From contig NC_045696.1 in the NCBI RefSeq assembly GCF_009834535.1, positions 51,400,001 through 51,464,000 on the forward strand: DNA of 64,000 nucleotides. The letters run 5' to 3'. Every line of letters starts with the position of its first letter. The stretch's first letter is position 1. The translations under genes and the position numbers were made by a program. This DNA is from Camelus ferus (lineage: Eukaryota). Under the pieces are notes generated by a model. The model saw only the letters and a list, made by a program, of their open reading frames with translations, made no database searches and was not told the DNA's origin. This document shows positions 51,801 through 62,529 of the stretch, in pieces.

Positions 51801-54800
51801 ATTTTGTTCATTGCTTAAGTCAATCGGAGTCAAGTTTTCTTTTACTTACAACTAAAATTGTCTTAACTGAGATATTTATAGATCGTACTTTTTAGTTATC
51901 AAAGCACTTTTTCAACTGATGACAGTTGAGCTTAAATCAACCCTGAGATAGGGAAAATGTAGTTGTCACACTCATTTTATTCATTTAATTCCATGCCTTC
52001 TGACTCCCAGTTCTGAGTCTTTCTCATAGCATGACCCTGCTATCAGAATAACATTCATCCCAGTGAATTCCAGCAGAAGCACAATGTTATGTGACATTTT
52101 ATTGTCTACCTCACCCTCGTATCTTCTTTTTTAATAAAACCCACCCTTTCGCTTTTTCTTTTCTGTCCTCCCTCATAGCTTAAAGTGGCCTTATGTTCCC
52201 GTTCTGGCCAGTTAAACTTAAATGAGGTCCCTTAGGGAGATGTTTCAAGCCAGCTCCAGGGAAAGGAATCTTTTTTTCTTTCTCTGCTGTTCCTGCCCAT
52301 CCTAGTTTTGAATAACTGCCATGATGCTGGGGGCTCTTGTGAGAAGCATGAGGAAGGGAACCAGTTTACCAAGGATGGTGAACAGGAAGAATGGGAGAGT
52401 CTGGTCCTTGATGACATCTGAGACAGCGGAACCAACACCAGCAGAACTTCCTCCAGAATTTTTGTGGTTATGTGAGAAAAGTAACTCCTATTTGTTTAAG
52501 CCACGGTGAGTCAGATTTTCCAATATTTACAGCCAAAACCTAGTTAACTCATATATACTGGTGTCTGGCATGATGAGCCATTTTTCCTTTGAAGAAAGAT
52601 GTCTGGCCAATGTGAGCTGGTATTCCTTTCAAACAAGATGGATATATTCAAGTCAAAGCACAGGAAGGTGTGAATTTGGCAGCTAATTTCCCTCCTTCGT
52701 GGTGTTCTTCTCATTTGTCTTTCCTCCTGGGGGCCCTCAAGCCTGTAGCAGTCTCTGTGGTCAACACCGCACCCTTTCCTCTTTTCAGGGGGGCCTTCGG
52801 GTATGATCATGTAATTACTAGACCTGCTACTCAAACCGCACCATCATTAGGACAAGTTAGTGAGAGTAACACTTTGCTCTTCTCCGAGACACAGAAATTT
52901 ATATATTCACAATCCCTTTGAGAGATTAAAGTGCTCTTTTTTCTCATTAAAGCACCCAGTCTGCTTCTGGGGTCTGCAGAAAGCAGGCAGGCATTTAAGA
53001 TTAAGGAAAATATGTAGACTGGGGTGGATGGGGGACCTGGTCCTTTGGAACAGAACCTTCTGTTATCTTGGCTAGCTGTCTGCTGATGATGGCTACTTAA
53101 CGTCATGCTCTAGTTGAGACAGACCCTTAGTTGACTGTTGGGGAAAGTGATGCAGAGATATTAAGTTGCATTTCCTGGAGCCTTGAGGCAAGCGGGATAG
53201 GACCAAAAAGATGTCCCAAAGCCTTTTTCCCAGGGGAGAGATGCCTCTGCTCCCTCAAATCTTTTTTGTATAATTGCAGACTTATGTGACCATACTCTTG
53301 ATTATTGAACACCTACCTGTTATAAATCACCTGTTGGACAGAGGTCATATTCGTTTTTATGAGGGGAAACAAGAGCTCCCCCAGAGCTCTTCTCACAGGG
53401 GGAAACCCACAGGTAGAACCCGTAGAGAGAGAGTCCACTTCACTAAGACCAGATTTCATGCTGGTCCTCTGCAGACTCAGGTGCTCTTCTGTGCTCATTA
53501 GTAGAGTGGGGCACCATCCATATTGGCAGGTGTGGCTCGAAAGGGATGCCATGGGAGTCTAGTGTGGGAAAGTCACTATGTCCGTCTCCTATTCCCGTAT
53601 CTGCAGATGTTTTCCAATGTGGTCCATCCAGGTCCCTGGAAGCAATCACAGGTGGACAGCCAAAGAGTGCCCCAAGTGGCTTTGTTACAGGCACCAAAAA
53701 CCTGGCTTTATTTCAGAGGCAATTAAAATGCTTATCAGAATAAAGGTCCTCTTCCTGCACTTCTTTCTGATATTCATCTTCCTGGAAGACTTAAGAATTC
53801 TTGTAGTATATAGGGATGGACAGGAATACTTTTGAGGGAGGTATGGTGATGTTGTGAATCATGGACTCATCCATCCCTACTGGGCTGTAGCACCTAAAAT
53901 CTGCCTCACTCTTGAACAGAAATATCATTTGCCTCTAACTCCTTTTCAGTGTCATTCTTAAAAGATAAAATAAAAGTAAATAGTTCATTGTAACAATAAA
54001 CGTAGCTGCAGATGAGAGAAGCAAGAGTTGCCCATCTAATGCATACACTGCAGAACAGATTCATTTACTCATTCATATATCAAGTATTTATTTGGCACAT
54101 ATTATGTGCCAGGTAGTGTGTTTGGACTACAGGAAAAAAAAAAAAAGAACAAAGACATAGCTTCTGGCTTCAAGGATGTCTCAGCCTAAGTGGGTTGACA
54201 GAAAAGTGAAGGTAATTACGAGACCCTTTGCTATCAGGATTATCCTAACTGGGAAAAATAAATGCATATTTTTTCCTCCAAAGTATTCCCTTGGCCTTTA
54301 GATCCATCCCAGTCAGCCTAGTTGTTTTTATTCTTTTCCTTTTCTTTTCTATCTTCTTGATTTCTTTCCTTTCTGTCTCCCCATTGAGATCATAAGTCTA
54401 ATTTTAGTTCCCAGTCATTCTTTAACGCGGGTACTCGCCTAAGCAGTCTATGTTCAAGGTTTTTGCTCTCCTGTGATATGTCATACTTAATTAACTGTCA
54501 TCTTTACTATTAATATTAACTGAGATATTAATTTGATGAATTTTAATTTCTCTTAATCATAGCATCATTTTGAGCCTTCATTGGATACCTCTTTAGAATG
54601 ATACACAGTGCAGAGGAGAAATATTAATAGTATGTTAAGGTGTTTTAAAAAAAAACCTCTTTAGTAATTGCGTGTTTTCCTGGTAGGAATATCTGTTCTT
54701 GAACAGGTGCAGGCATCTCGATTTCCTTGTTAGCAAGTGGATGTTTTGTCTTGATCACCTCCTGACTCTGTTTTGCACTTTCAAATGAAAATACTTTCAA

Positions 54801-55743
54801 ATTTAGGAAATGTTTCTCTCCAGAAGAATTCTCCAGGGTCTGCTGCATTATCTAACTGGTGAGGGCTCTGTACTATTAATGGAGGCATCAAAAATATAAA
54901 TTTGGTCTGTTCCTTTGGAAGCAGAATCTGTGGAGTGCTGGTACCCAGGAGGAAAATGCCGAGTCTGAGGGCAACTGAACCATCAGAAGAGGTCTGATCT
55001 ATTTGCAGACTGTTCTTTCTCTCTTTTCCTCTCATTAATTTTTTTTTTTTAATAATTGCTTTTGCCCCTGCGTGCCTCCTGCACATCCTCACCCCTGTAT
55101 ACATTGAAACACTGATGAAGATGGCCACTGGACTGCCTTCCCCAACCCCCCATGTCTTTGCGACATGAGTGGCACAGAAAGTAAACCTGGTGCATTTTTA
55201 GGAAGAGTCCCATCGCTCAAGTCCAGTCACCCAGATGCTGGAGGCCCAGGAACGGAATCATTCCCATCTCCCTGGTTTTGATGTGGTTAAGTGATAAAGG
55301 ATATTGGCTGCTCTCAAGACCTTCAGTTCCCTCATGAAAGGGAGAATGACAGGAGCTCTCCTGCCTCAGACTCTGATCATGGCTGGGAGAATTCTGAGCC
55401 CAGAAGGATAGGAGTTCAGGGAAGACAAAGACAAGCACGACATGTGGGCATCTTGCACTCGCAGCCTACTCACCTCCAGGTACACCACCCAGGGCATCAC
55501 CAAGGTGGCCACCAGCAGGTCTGCCACGGCCAGGCTCACCACCAGGTAGTTGGTGGTGGTCTGCAGGGCCCGTTCCCTCAGCACGGCCACACACACCAGA
55601 CCATTGCCGAAGACGATGGCCAGGATGAGCGCGCAGTAGGAGAGGGCATAGTAGGCGTGTGGGCGGGCCCGGCTGGCCCCTGTGGCGTTCTCTGCCGCAC
55701 AGGTGGAGTTGATGTGGCCACCCAGCTGGCTCAGAGATGCCAT
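22288..55743 (-). CDS. DRD3: Dopamine receptor D3 (class A GPCR), multi-exon CDS: join(55743-55474, 45440-45328, 34533-34391, 28154-27958, [26867-26790], 23982 or 23919-23637, 22484-22288); 400 aa short form, 447 aa long form
   Basis: The spliced translation runs [22 protein letters not shown]...[19 protein letters not shown]...[21 protein letters not shown]...[11 protein letters not shown]...[12 protein letters not shown]...[22 protein letters not shown]. It contains DRY, CWxP, NPxxY, Asp3.32 and the TM5 serines. All junctions are GT-AG and phase-compatible; 1203 nt = 400 aa + stop. Confidence 0.99.
23637..23982 (-). CDS. DRD3: DRD3 ICL3-TM6 exon with two in-frame acceptors: 23982 (346 nt, adds [21 protein letters not shown]) and 23919 (283 nt, human-type)
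   Basis: Acceptors ccctttcag|GAA and cacctgcag|CCC lie 63 nt apart; donor G|GTGAGT. Encodes ...[15 protein letters not shown]...[14 protein letters not shown]. Confidence 0.95.
24200..24748 (+). mobile_element. Old L1 3' end (L1MC/MD-like)
   Basis: gacaattggggaaatctgaac...gagatctgcttta..caatcc...ttgacaattgctgaagctgg...ttttcaataataaaaa. Confidence 0.7.
26790..26867 (-). CDS. DRD3: DRD3 78-nt ICL3 cassette exon ([26 protein letters not shown]), rodent long-form type
   Basis: Acceptor cccaccctag|TCC, consensus donor ATG|GTAAGT, phase 0/0, no stop. The peptide is near-identical to the recalled rat D3 segment [26 protein letters not shown]. Too short to appear in the ORF track. Confidence 0.9.
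27958..28154 (-). CDS. DRD3: DRD3 coding exon 4 (197 nt, ECL2-TM5-ICL3 start)
   Basis: Encodes [65 protein letters not shown]; acceptor ctcacag|GG, donor CAG|GTAAGC. Confidence 0.98.
29141..29161. repeat. (CA)n microsatellite; a (TA)n tract lies nearby at about 29287-29308
   Basis: Read directly. Confidence 0.9.
30491..30767 (-). mobile_element. 5'-truncated L1 3' end with 18-bp TSD
   Basis: TSD ctgatttagcagaaattt at 30473-30490 and 30768-30785; same family as 7170-7465. Confidence 0.85.
31672..31912 (+). mobile_element. 5'-truncated L1 3' end
   Basis: atagataaacaacaaggtcctactgtatagca...acattgtaaatcaactata, then an (AAAT)n tail; flanked by taaaagta. Confidence 0.85.
32953..33093 (-). mobile_element. 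tRNA-derived SINE, camelid Vic-1-like, with 13-bp TSD
   Basis: Minus strand reads GGGGAGGGTATAGCTCGGTGGTAGAG...GGGTTCGATCCCCAGTACCTCCA (A and B boxes), then an A-rich tail. TSD aaacatgtaattt at 32940-32952 and 33094-33106. Confidence 0.88.
34391..34533 (-). CDS. DRD3: DRD3 coding exon 3 (143 nt, ICL2-TM4)
   Basis: Encodes [47 protein letters not shown]; acceptor tttctag|G, donor G|GTAACA. Confidence 0.98.
35070..35415 (-). mobile_element. MLT1A-type MaLR LTR
   Basis: tgtcttagtcagttcaggctgctat..caaaataccatagactgggtggcttaaacaac ... attcagcctacagca. Confidence 0.85.
36165..37268 (+). mobile_element. MLT1 LTR interrupted by an L1 3' fragment (about 36278-36826) with a poly(A)/(GAAAA)n tail
   Basis: MLT1 text (ctaagatggcctcc ... 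gggtgggcttgacctaatca ... gttacacagcaacagaa) is split by L1 text (gatggacctagagattatcatacta). TSD is approximately aaaggagattatc on both sides. Confidence 0.8.
39400..39960. promoter_or_regulatory. Intronic CpG island with GC/GT boxes and a CTCF-like motif (39489-39506)
   Basis: High GC and CpG density (gccgcgtgcg, gcgcgtgcattgcgcgccg). TGGCCACCGGAGGGCAC has one mismatch to the CTCF core CCASYAGRKGGCRS. Confidence 0.7.
45328..45440 (-). CDS. DRD3: DRD3 coding exon 2 (113 nt, ECL1-TM3: [38 protein letters not shown])
   Basis: Manual translation; acceptor cccag|GTG, donor AG|GTAGGG. Confidence 0.98.
45678..45845. mobile_element. MER5-like hAT MITE
   Basis: cagcgtttctccaagtgtggtcc...gacctactgag...tctctg...aatcttcattttta. 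Confidence 0.65.
49565..50005. mobile_element. hAT-Charlie-like DNA transposon remnant, next to MER5-like pieces (49370-49510, 50285-50510)
   Basis: Terminal-like ccagattaagaactcctg with an AT-rich Charlie-type body. Confidence 0.5.
50121..50143. repeat. (CT)n microsatellite
   Basis: Read directly. Confidence 0.9.
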
Positions 55744-55778
55744 GGCCTCGAGGGAGAGGAGCAACCCCAACACGTTTC
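55474..55778 (-). CDS. DRD3: DRD3 first coding exon (35 nt of 5'UTR, then ATG at 55743 and 270 coding nt: N-terminus, TM1, TM2)
   Basis: Acceptor ctcctcccag|GAAACG, Kozak gccATGG, donor GAG|GTGAGT. ORF track 55366..55773. Confidence 0.98.
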
Positions 55779-55854
55779 CTGGGAGGAGATGGAGAACAGT
55801 GTCGGTAAAGTCAGACCTTTTGAGTTTGGCTGCTTGGATACGTTTTAGAATTTA

Positions 55855-56390
55855 TCGCTTCAACAAATATTTTATTGAGCACTTTTAATATGCCGGGCAA
55901 TATTCTAAGCACTGGATATACAGCAATGAAAAAAGCGATAAAAATCCCTGCCCTCATTAAGCCTCCATTCTAGAGAAGAAGACAGTAATAAACAAGATGA
56001 AAAAAAGATGTAGTTTATTCGATGATGATATGTGTTTTGGAGAACAATAAATTAGGGAAGGGAGTGAGGACAGGGTGAAGATGGTGTGTGTGTGAGTAGG
56101 GTGTCTGAGTGCAGTTCTTAACTGCGGTTATCAGGAAGCCCTCAGGGAGATGGTGACAACTGAGTCAGGACCTGGAGGACCTGAGGGAGCCGTCTGTGCA
56201 GATATCCAAGCAGGAGGAACAGCAGGTCCAAAGGCAGGGCAGCTGGCATGTGGAGAGCACAGCAGGGAGGCCAGTGTGGCTGGAGCCAGGCGAGGCAGGG
56301 GCAGAGGGGAAGGATGTGAGGTCGAGAGGTTGCACAGGGCCGCTGGAAGAACCATGCATGGACTCTGAGTGAGATGGGGAGTTGCTGCAG
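55855..56390 (-). mobile_element. L2 LINE 3' fragment
   Basis: caacaaatattttattgagcac...aaaatccctgccctca...ggaacagcag...gaggccagtgtggctggagc. Confidence 0.8.
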
Positions 56391-57088
56391 GATGGGAAGC
56401 CCAGCTCTGCCGCTTCCTAGCTCTGGGGCCTTGGGCATGTTACTCCACCTGTCTGAGCTTCATTTTACTTCTCTGTAAAATGGGGGAAGTAATGGGACTC
56501 ATCGCATAGGGATTTTGTAAAGATTAAATGAGCTATTATGTATGTAAGACATTGACAGATGTAGAAAGCTATGTGAGCATTAGCTCTTTTTCTCTTTTTG
56601 GTCTGTTTCTCTTAGCTTCCCATCCCTCTTTCCTTGTTTCCTCTCTCCCACCCTCTGTTGCCCCCATTTGCCTTTTCCCCTGCCTCTCTCTGTCTCTCTT
56701 CACTTCCTTCAATCTCCCACTTTCTCTTTTGGATCTTACGAGGTAGGACATGGTGGGTTTGGGAGACTGGGTTGTGGGAGAAAATCTCGAGAGTAATGGG
56801 GGTTAGAGGTAGCTCAGTGGTTTTTATATTTAGGGGAAAATCCACGTGTGATATTTTATTTGAAACATCCTAATTTTTAAAGATTCCTTACCAGTTTAAA
56901 AAATCTTTAAGCCTATGAAGTCTCCCATCTCTCCCCCAAATTCCACATCCATGGCCAATGACCCATGCATCACCAGGTTTTAACCTCTGACCTAGTCCAA
57001 TGCCCTCATTTTTCAAACAGGGAAACTAGACCCAGAGAGGTGAGTGACACACCTTAAGTCATACAGCTTCTTATGGGCAGAACCAGCA

Positions 57089-57229
57089 TGCAGGGCCTGT
57101 TCCCTCAGCACGGCCACAGACACCAGACTATTGCCAAAGATGATGGCCAGGATGAGCACGCAGTAGGAGAGGGCATAGTAGGCATGCAGGTGGTGGCCCG
57201 GCTGGCCCTGTGGAGTTCTCTGCTGCACA
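57089..57229 (-). pseudogene. Decayed partial duplicate of the DRD3 first coding exon (about codons 15-60, N-terminus and TM1)
   Basis: Aligns by eye to 55562-55701 with about 12 substitutions and 2 small indels. Retains [32 protein letters not shown]. Neither the DRD3 start codon nor its splice sites were copied. Confidence 0.95.
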
Positions 57230-59299
57230 ATGCTCTGCTTTGGCATCTGACAGCCATAGCAACTGTCATGCCACTATTGCAATGGGAAAAGCCAATCCGC
57301 CAACTGTGAGGACTTTGGACGCAGAGTGGGAAAGGCATCAGAGCCCATCAGCTGCCCCAAGACATGAGCCTGTTGGGGCCAGAAGGGGCCCTGGGCTCTT
57401 AAACTTAGGTTTGTGTGTGTCTGTGGGGGACAAAAGTGACCATGTCCTGAAGAAAAATAAAGAAATACCTGTGTGCCAAGGGTAGGAGTGCATCAAAGCC
57501 ATGCTTGGGGAAGCACAGGCTTATCGCCCATGGTGTGGCTCTGAGACCTGGGTAAGAGTGACTCCTGCCCCGGGCTCTGTGCTTCCGAGGACCCTACTCT
57601 GGACCCCATCTGGTTGTACCCTCCCCCCAGGATGAGGTCATGCCCTCCCATGGCACCAAGGAGCAGATCCACCAAAAGTCCACACCCATCCTAGACCACA
57701 CTCTGAGTACCATGATCACAGGATTCTCTGTCCAAACTCCTTGGAGCCTATTTCTAGGGTGACATGGGCTTTGTTTTAGATCTGTTGCCTCAAGGGTAGA
57801 CTGTGCCAATATGTGTGGGACCCCAGGGTTCAAGGCGTAGCTCATGGAGGAGCTCAGATGAATAGCTTGGATGTATCCTGAGGTGGAGGGTGAAGAGGAC
57901 AAAGTCCCTGAGATGGAGTCCCTGAGGGCTTCTTCTGCCCTCTCACATTTTGTGTGCAACTCTTGAAGGGCCTAGGAATCCTGAATTCAAACCTGGCCTT
58001 CCAGATTATTAAGAAGGTACCTTTATCAAGACAGGAGGATTAAATATCTCATTCAATGGTCTGTTGGTTATAACTAAAATATGTAGACACGGAGTATATG
58101 GGCCTCCATGGGAACTCTTGCTCCAGGCCCCTGGCAGAGGTAGAGGCTGGCTTGGTGGCCAGGATTTGCTCTCAGTTCTACTAACTGCAGCTCTCCTTTG
58201 ATTAGGAGATTGGCTTAATCGTGGCTGTCATTTTATACCTCATTTTGAATGTTTCAGCCTGGAATGTGAACCTGTTAAAATGAGCAAATAATTGTAAGGG
58301 GCGAGTGACTTGGAATGAATTCAGAGAATTGTTAAAAAAAATTGTTCTTTATCTTGGCACACTGTTTGCACTCAATATATTTTAAAGCATAATAATAATT
58401 TTTGATAATAATTATAATTTTCTCATTATTTGGAGAAGGGCAGCCACTACCCCAGAGATAGCACTGTTGCTGCCAAGAGCTTTCGGAAAAATGCGATGCT
58501 TTCTGATTGTTCAAGGATATTTTCACCTTTGAGGCAGGCTCAGTCCCAGAATGCCTTTCCCTCTGCAACTGGGCCACCTTGGAAAGCAGTGGCCAGAAAT
58601 CACTCTTTCCTGGGATCTGCAGTTGGCTAATGATGTCGTAGCCTCATCTCACCTGTCAGGTAGGAGGGAAGCATAAAACCTCAGGATATTTGTTACCATC
58701 TTGCTGGACATTTTACTCTGCTGAGGTTTGACAGCTACTTAAAAATAGTACAGCTGAGTGTCAATGACTAATTGTATGAAGGGAACCCCTCAGCTCTGAA
58801 AATCAATTCTGAGCCTGTTGTTGGAATTACACTCTCATGAATTTCTGATTGACTTATTTTTTGCATTGCATGGTCTCTGGTCTTAGATTCTTTATCATGG
58901 CAGGTGGGGGTTAAGCCTTGGTTGTCCAGGCAGTTCCTGATGCGTTGTGGGTGTGGGAGATGAAAGCAGAAAATGAGAGAGATGCTAGATTACTCTCTAC
59001 TCCTACTTCTCAGCTAATTATTTCAACTTCCTCCCTCCTTAGATCTATTTTTTTTTTAAACCGGCATTGGTTATATAACAAAGAACTGGGCTAGGTTTTC
59101 TCTTTTCTTTCTCCTTTTGATAGATATGCTAACAGAACTCAGGCAGGAGAAGTAAAGAGCCTAGAGAATGCATTCACTTAATAATCACTCCTTAAGTATT
59201 TCATGATAGCCTGGCTTCCTCATCATAAAATGAGGATAATCATATCCACTCTATAGGGTTATTGTGGCAGTTAAATAAAATTATATATGTAAATACTTG

Positions 59300-59493
59300 G
59301 CACTATTGACAGCCACGGCTGGATAGTTCTTTGCTGTGGGGGGCTGGCCTGTGCTTTGCAGGATATTTAGCACATCACTCACTGGATGCCAGTAGCGCTC
59401 CCCTTCTCCCAAATTGTGACAATAAAAAATGTCTCCAGACACCATCAAATGTTCCCTGTGGGCCAACATTGCTCTTCCCGTTGAGAATCATGG
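59300..59493. mobile_element. MER20 hAT DNA transposon
   Basis: ggctggatagttctttgctgtgggggg...gatgccagtagc...tgtgacaataaaaaatgtctccagac...gttgagaatca. Confidence 0.85.
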
Positions 59494-62409
59494 CTCAAAC
59501 AGAATGTCTGGCACAGAGCACTTGAAATGTAGCTTTTATTGTTAAAGGGCAAGTGGGGATAGGTGAAGGGGTCAAATAAACTACAACTGCAGACTGTCTA
59601 ATGGACTTGAAAATTAAAAGATTACTGATGACCTTGGCAAAGAGCATTAGTGAAGAGTGGGTGAGAGGTGAGAAAGTGGAGAAACTAAAGACTAGAAGAT
59701 TACTGCTGGTCTTACTCTTTTAAGAATCATTACATAGAACATTACTGACAAATTTTCATGAACCTTTGAGTTTCTTACAAAGTATTGACTTATCTTGGTC
59801 TTTACAGTTTATTCTAGCATCTCTTAAACTGAGTGCATGATCTAATAAAAAGCAGAGGGACAGAGTGTGGTCAGGCCCCCATCCTCTGTGACACACATCC
59901 TGCTTTGCTGATACTCAGTCCCTTGGTGTGGACCTAGAGTCTGCCTGGAACAGCTGTGAGTTGCCTTGTTTGGGCTTCTGGTTCCGTTTCAGGCTCCCAC
60001 TGAGTTTGTTGGGAAGATATTCATTATGACTTACAGGGTTTTAATTATTTGTTCTCTTTCCTTAAGGAAATTGAGTTAAGCCAAAAAAACAAACAAGAAA
60101 AACAAAAACACCTTGGGTTCTTCAAACTCCTTTTGAAGACACTAGTCACTCCCACTCCTGGCACTAATACTTTACAGACGTTACCTTGGGTTAATGTTTA
60201 TAGTAACTCTGAAGGTGGTTATTGATATCTTTCTTTTACAGATTAAAAAACTAAGACAGAAGGTCTGTAACTTTCCCAAGATTACACAGTATGCAGGGAG
60301 CTACATTGAGCCCAGCTTTGGTCTTGTGGCTCCCTAAATCCAAAGCTTGGGACTTATTTATTGTGTCTATGCTGGGGGTGGAAGTTGAGGTGGGCAGTCA
60401 TTTCTAGATAGAAATGATTTCTCCTAAACCCAGAACAAAACACCTTGATAGCAGAGTTGCAAGACCAGTTAGCTATATCATAGATCCCTGTCTTTTGCCT
60501 GTCTCTAGCTTTTCACTCAGTTATATCCTGACCTCTAGTCTCCAGAGCTTTTCTGGCTCTGGGCTTCAGTGCAGACTTGCTGTATTGCCTGAAAAAAATG
60601 GATGATTATAGCTAACATTTAAAAGCATTATCTTATTTAAACCTCACAAAAACCTGATGAAGGAAATAGGTGCTATTATCCCCATTTTTGCAGATGAAGA
60701 AAATAAGAAAGGTTAAGTATCCTGCTGAGGTCATACACTAGTAATTATGAAAGTGATTCAACCCAAGATCTGTCTGTTTCCAGAGCTCCATGTTCTTCAC
60801 TTCTCCATTATTGGGGTGAGGGAAAGAAACTTGAAATGGGGACTAATTTTAAAACCTTGCTTTTTCAGAATATCTTGTGCATGTCACCTGACCAAGCTCA
60901 ATGAAGTCAATGCAGGTGCACACTGCACATAGAAACAGTGGGAGTTACATTGTCATTATTATTAGAGGTAGTCTTTAGCATTTCTATGTCACTTTATTCT
61001 TGAAAATTGCTGTCTAGTTTATTTTCTGAGTGAAAATTCACAAGTGCATTGAAATACACAGCATATTTATATATTTGGGCACATTTATATTGGGCCAATG
61101 TATAGAGAAAAATTAGAGATGGTTACTGAGATCCAGTAGCTAAGTAATATAGTTTTTTTTTCCCTTAATTAAACTTGCCCAATAAAGTGGAGCATCCCCA
61201 CTTTCCATCACAAATTCTAATATCTGATCATCCTACCATTCTATTCAGAGATAAAATGGGGAGCTCAGCAGATTAGTCAATCAATCAATAAGCAAATATT
61301 AATTGATAACAAACTTCAACACATTAGAAATTGAATTTAATATTGGGTAAAATCTGCTTGATGTTTTCTTTAATTCATATTCCATAAAAAGCAACCTTCT
61401 GTATAGATGCTTTAATATCAGACATTCATTTGGAAACTGCCAATATTTTTCTTGCTCAACACCCCTATACAGTGCTAGCCAAGCAGACCCTTGAAAATGT
61501 TCAAACTATAAATAAACAAGTGTCTAAGTAAGAATCTTTTTCATATTGTATCTGCTTCTCTTTGGCTACAAAGGATCCAATGTTGTGTCAAGCAGCGATT
61601 TTTCACTCTTACCCAAGTACAGACATTTTACTGACCTTTTAGTGTCAGTTAGCAAAGGGCTTCACCTGTAAAGTGCAAACAGGCATGCAGAATGAGTTTA
61701 GAATCCAAGTTGCACTTTGCTATTGCTGCATTATTACTGTGCATTCATTCTGATAGTATTTGATTAAGCTAAAGGCATGAACTGGAACAAATGCCTAATT
61801 GCAACAACTTCCATTGACCCAATAAGCTACATTAAGTAATGAAAGTCCCCCAATTAAACAACAGTACCTTCAAAATCATATGCCATCATTAAAGAAAATA
61901 TACACAATCATCATCTCAAGTACTGTATATCTCTGTTGGGAACAATTGGATTCTGACTTGGAAACAGCCTGACTTAAAATAGACCATGGAAAACAGTGCC
62001 TCTCCAAACCCTCAGCCCTGGATTACCAGGGTGCTGAATTGGGGAGTTTAAAATAAGAGACCCTTTCAATTAAGTAAAACCCTTAAGAGGAAAACAATCA
62101 ACTTTTTTACAAATCCCAGGAATAGAAACAGCTTTTTGATTTTCCACCTTTTAATTCTGCCTAAATATAGATTCTAGAGCCCATGAGGATCTAATTTTGG
62201 GGAAAAAAAGAGAAAGAGAACAGGTTTCTACTGACCAGAAAATAAGGAGAAAATGAACACAGTTTCCTTAGGGGTTCAGGTTTTTAAATAAGAGAGGGTT
62301 CAGAGTTTTAATGCGTATTCTTAGAGAACCACGGAACCCCAAGCTGATTAAATAACCTGTCAGAAAAACACTGTGTTTTAAATTAGAAACAGAAAGAGAA
62401 ATTACTTAC

Positions 62410-62529
62410 CCTGGAAATTTCTTCTGGTTTCTGGAGACCGTGGGGTTTAGCACCTCAGGTCCTGCAGCCATTTACTGACAGCAGACATACCCAAGCAAAG
62501 CAAACTTTACCTTTCCCAGGACACAGAAG
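62410..62529 (-). other. DRD3: DRD3 non-coding 5'UTR exon (120 nt if internal; may extend to about 62800 as a first exon)
   Basis: Donor CAGG|GTAAGT at 62410 and acceptor ttattttcacag| at 62529. The sequence tgcttgggtatgtctgctgtcagtaaatggctgcagg matches the human DRD3 mRNA leader as I recall it. Confidence 0.8.

Noticed and set aside
55744..55773. 10-residue N-terminal extension from the in-frame GTG used by the ORF track
   Set aside because: It is a near-cognate codon with no supporting evidence; the ATG at 55743 has a strong Kozak context and matches the known D3 N-terminus.
55291..55848. Long plus-strand ORFs over DRD3 exons (also 27619..28104, 22237..22548, 34350..34592, 45334..45519)
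   Set aside because: They are antisense shadows of GC3-rich coding exons, with no recognisable protein or independent gene structure.
57013..57246. ORF with a TM1-like DRD3 peptide as a second dopamine receptor gene or alternative first coding exon
   Set aside because: It has frameshifting indels and CpG decay, lacks the copied start and splice sites, and runs into MIR sequence. Treated as a pseudo-exon fragment.
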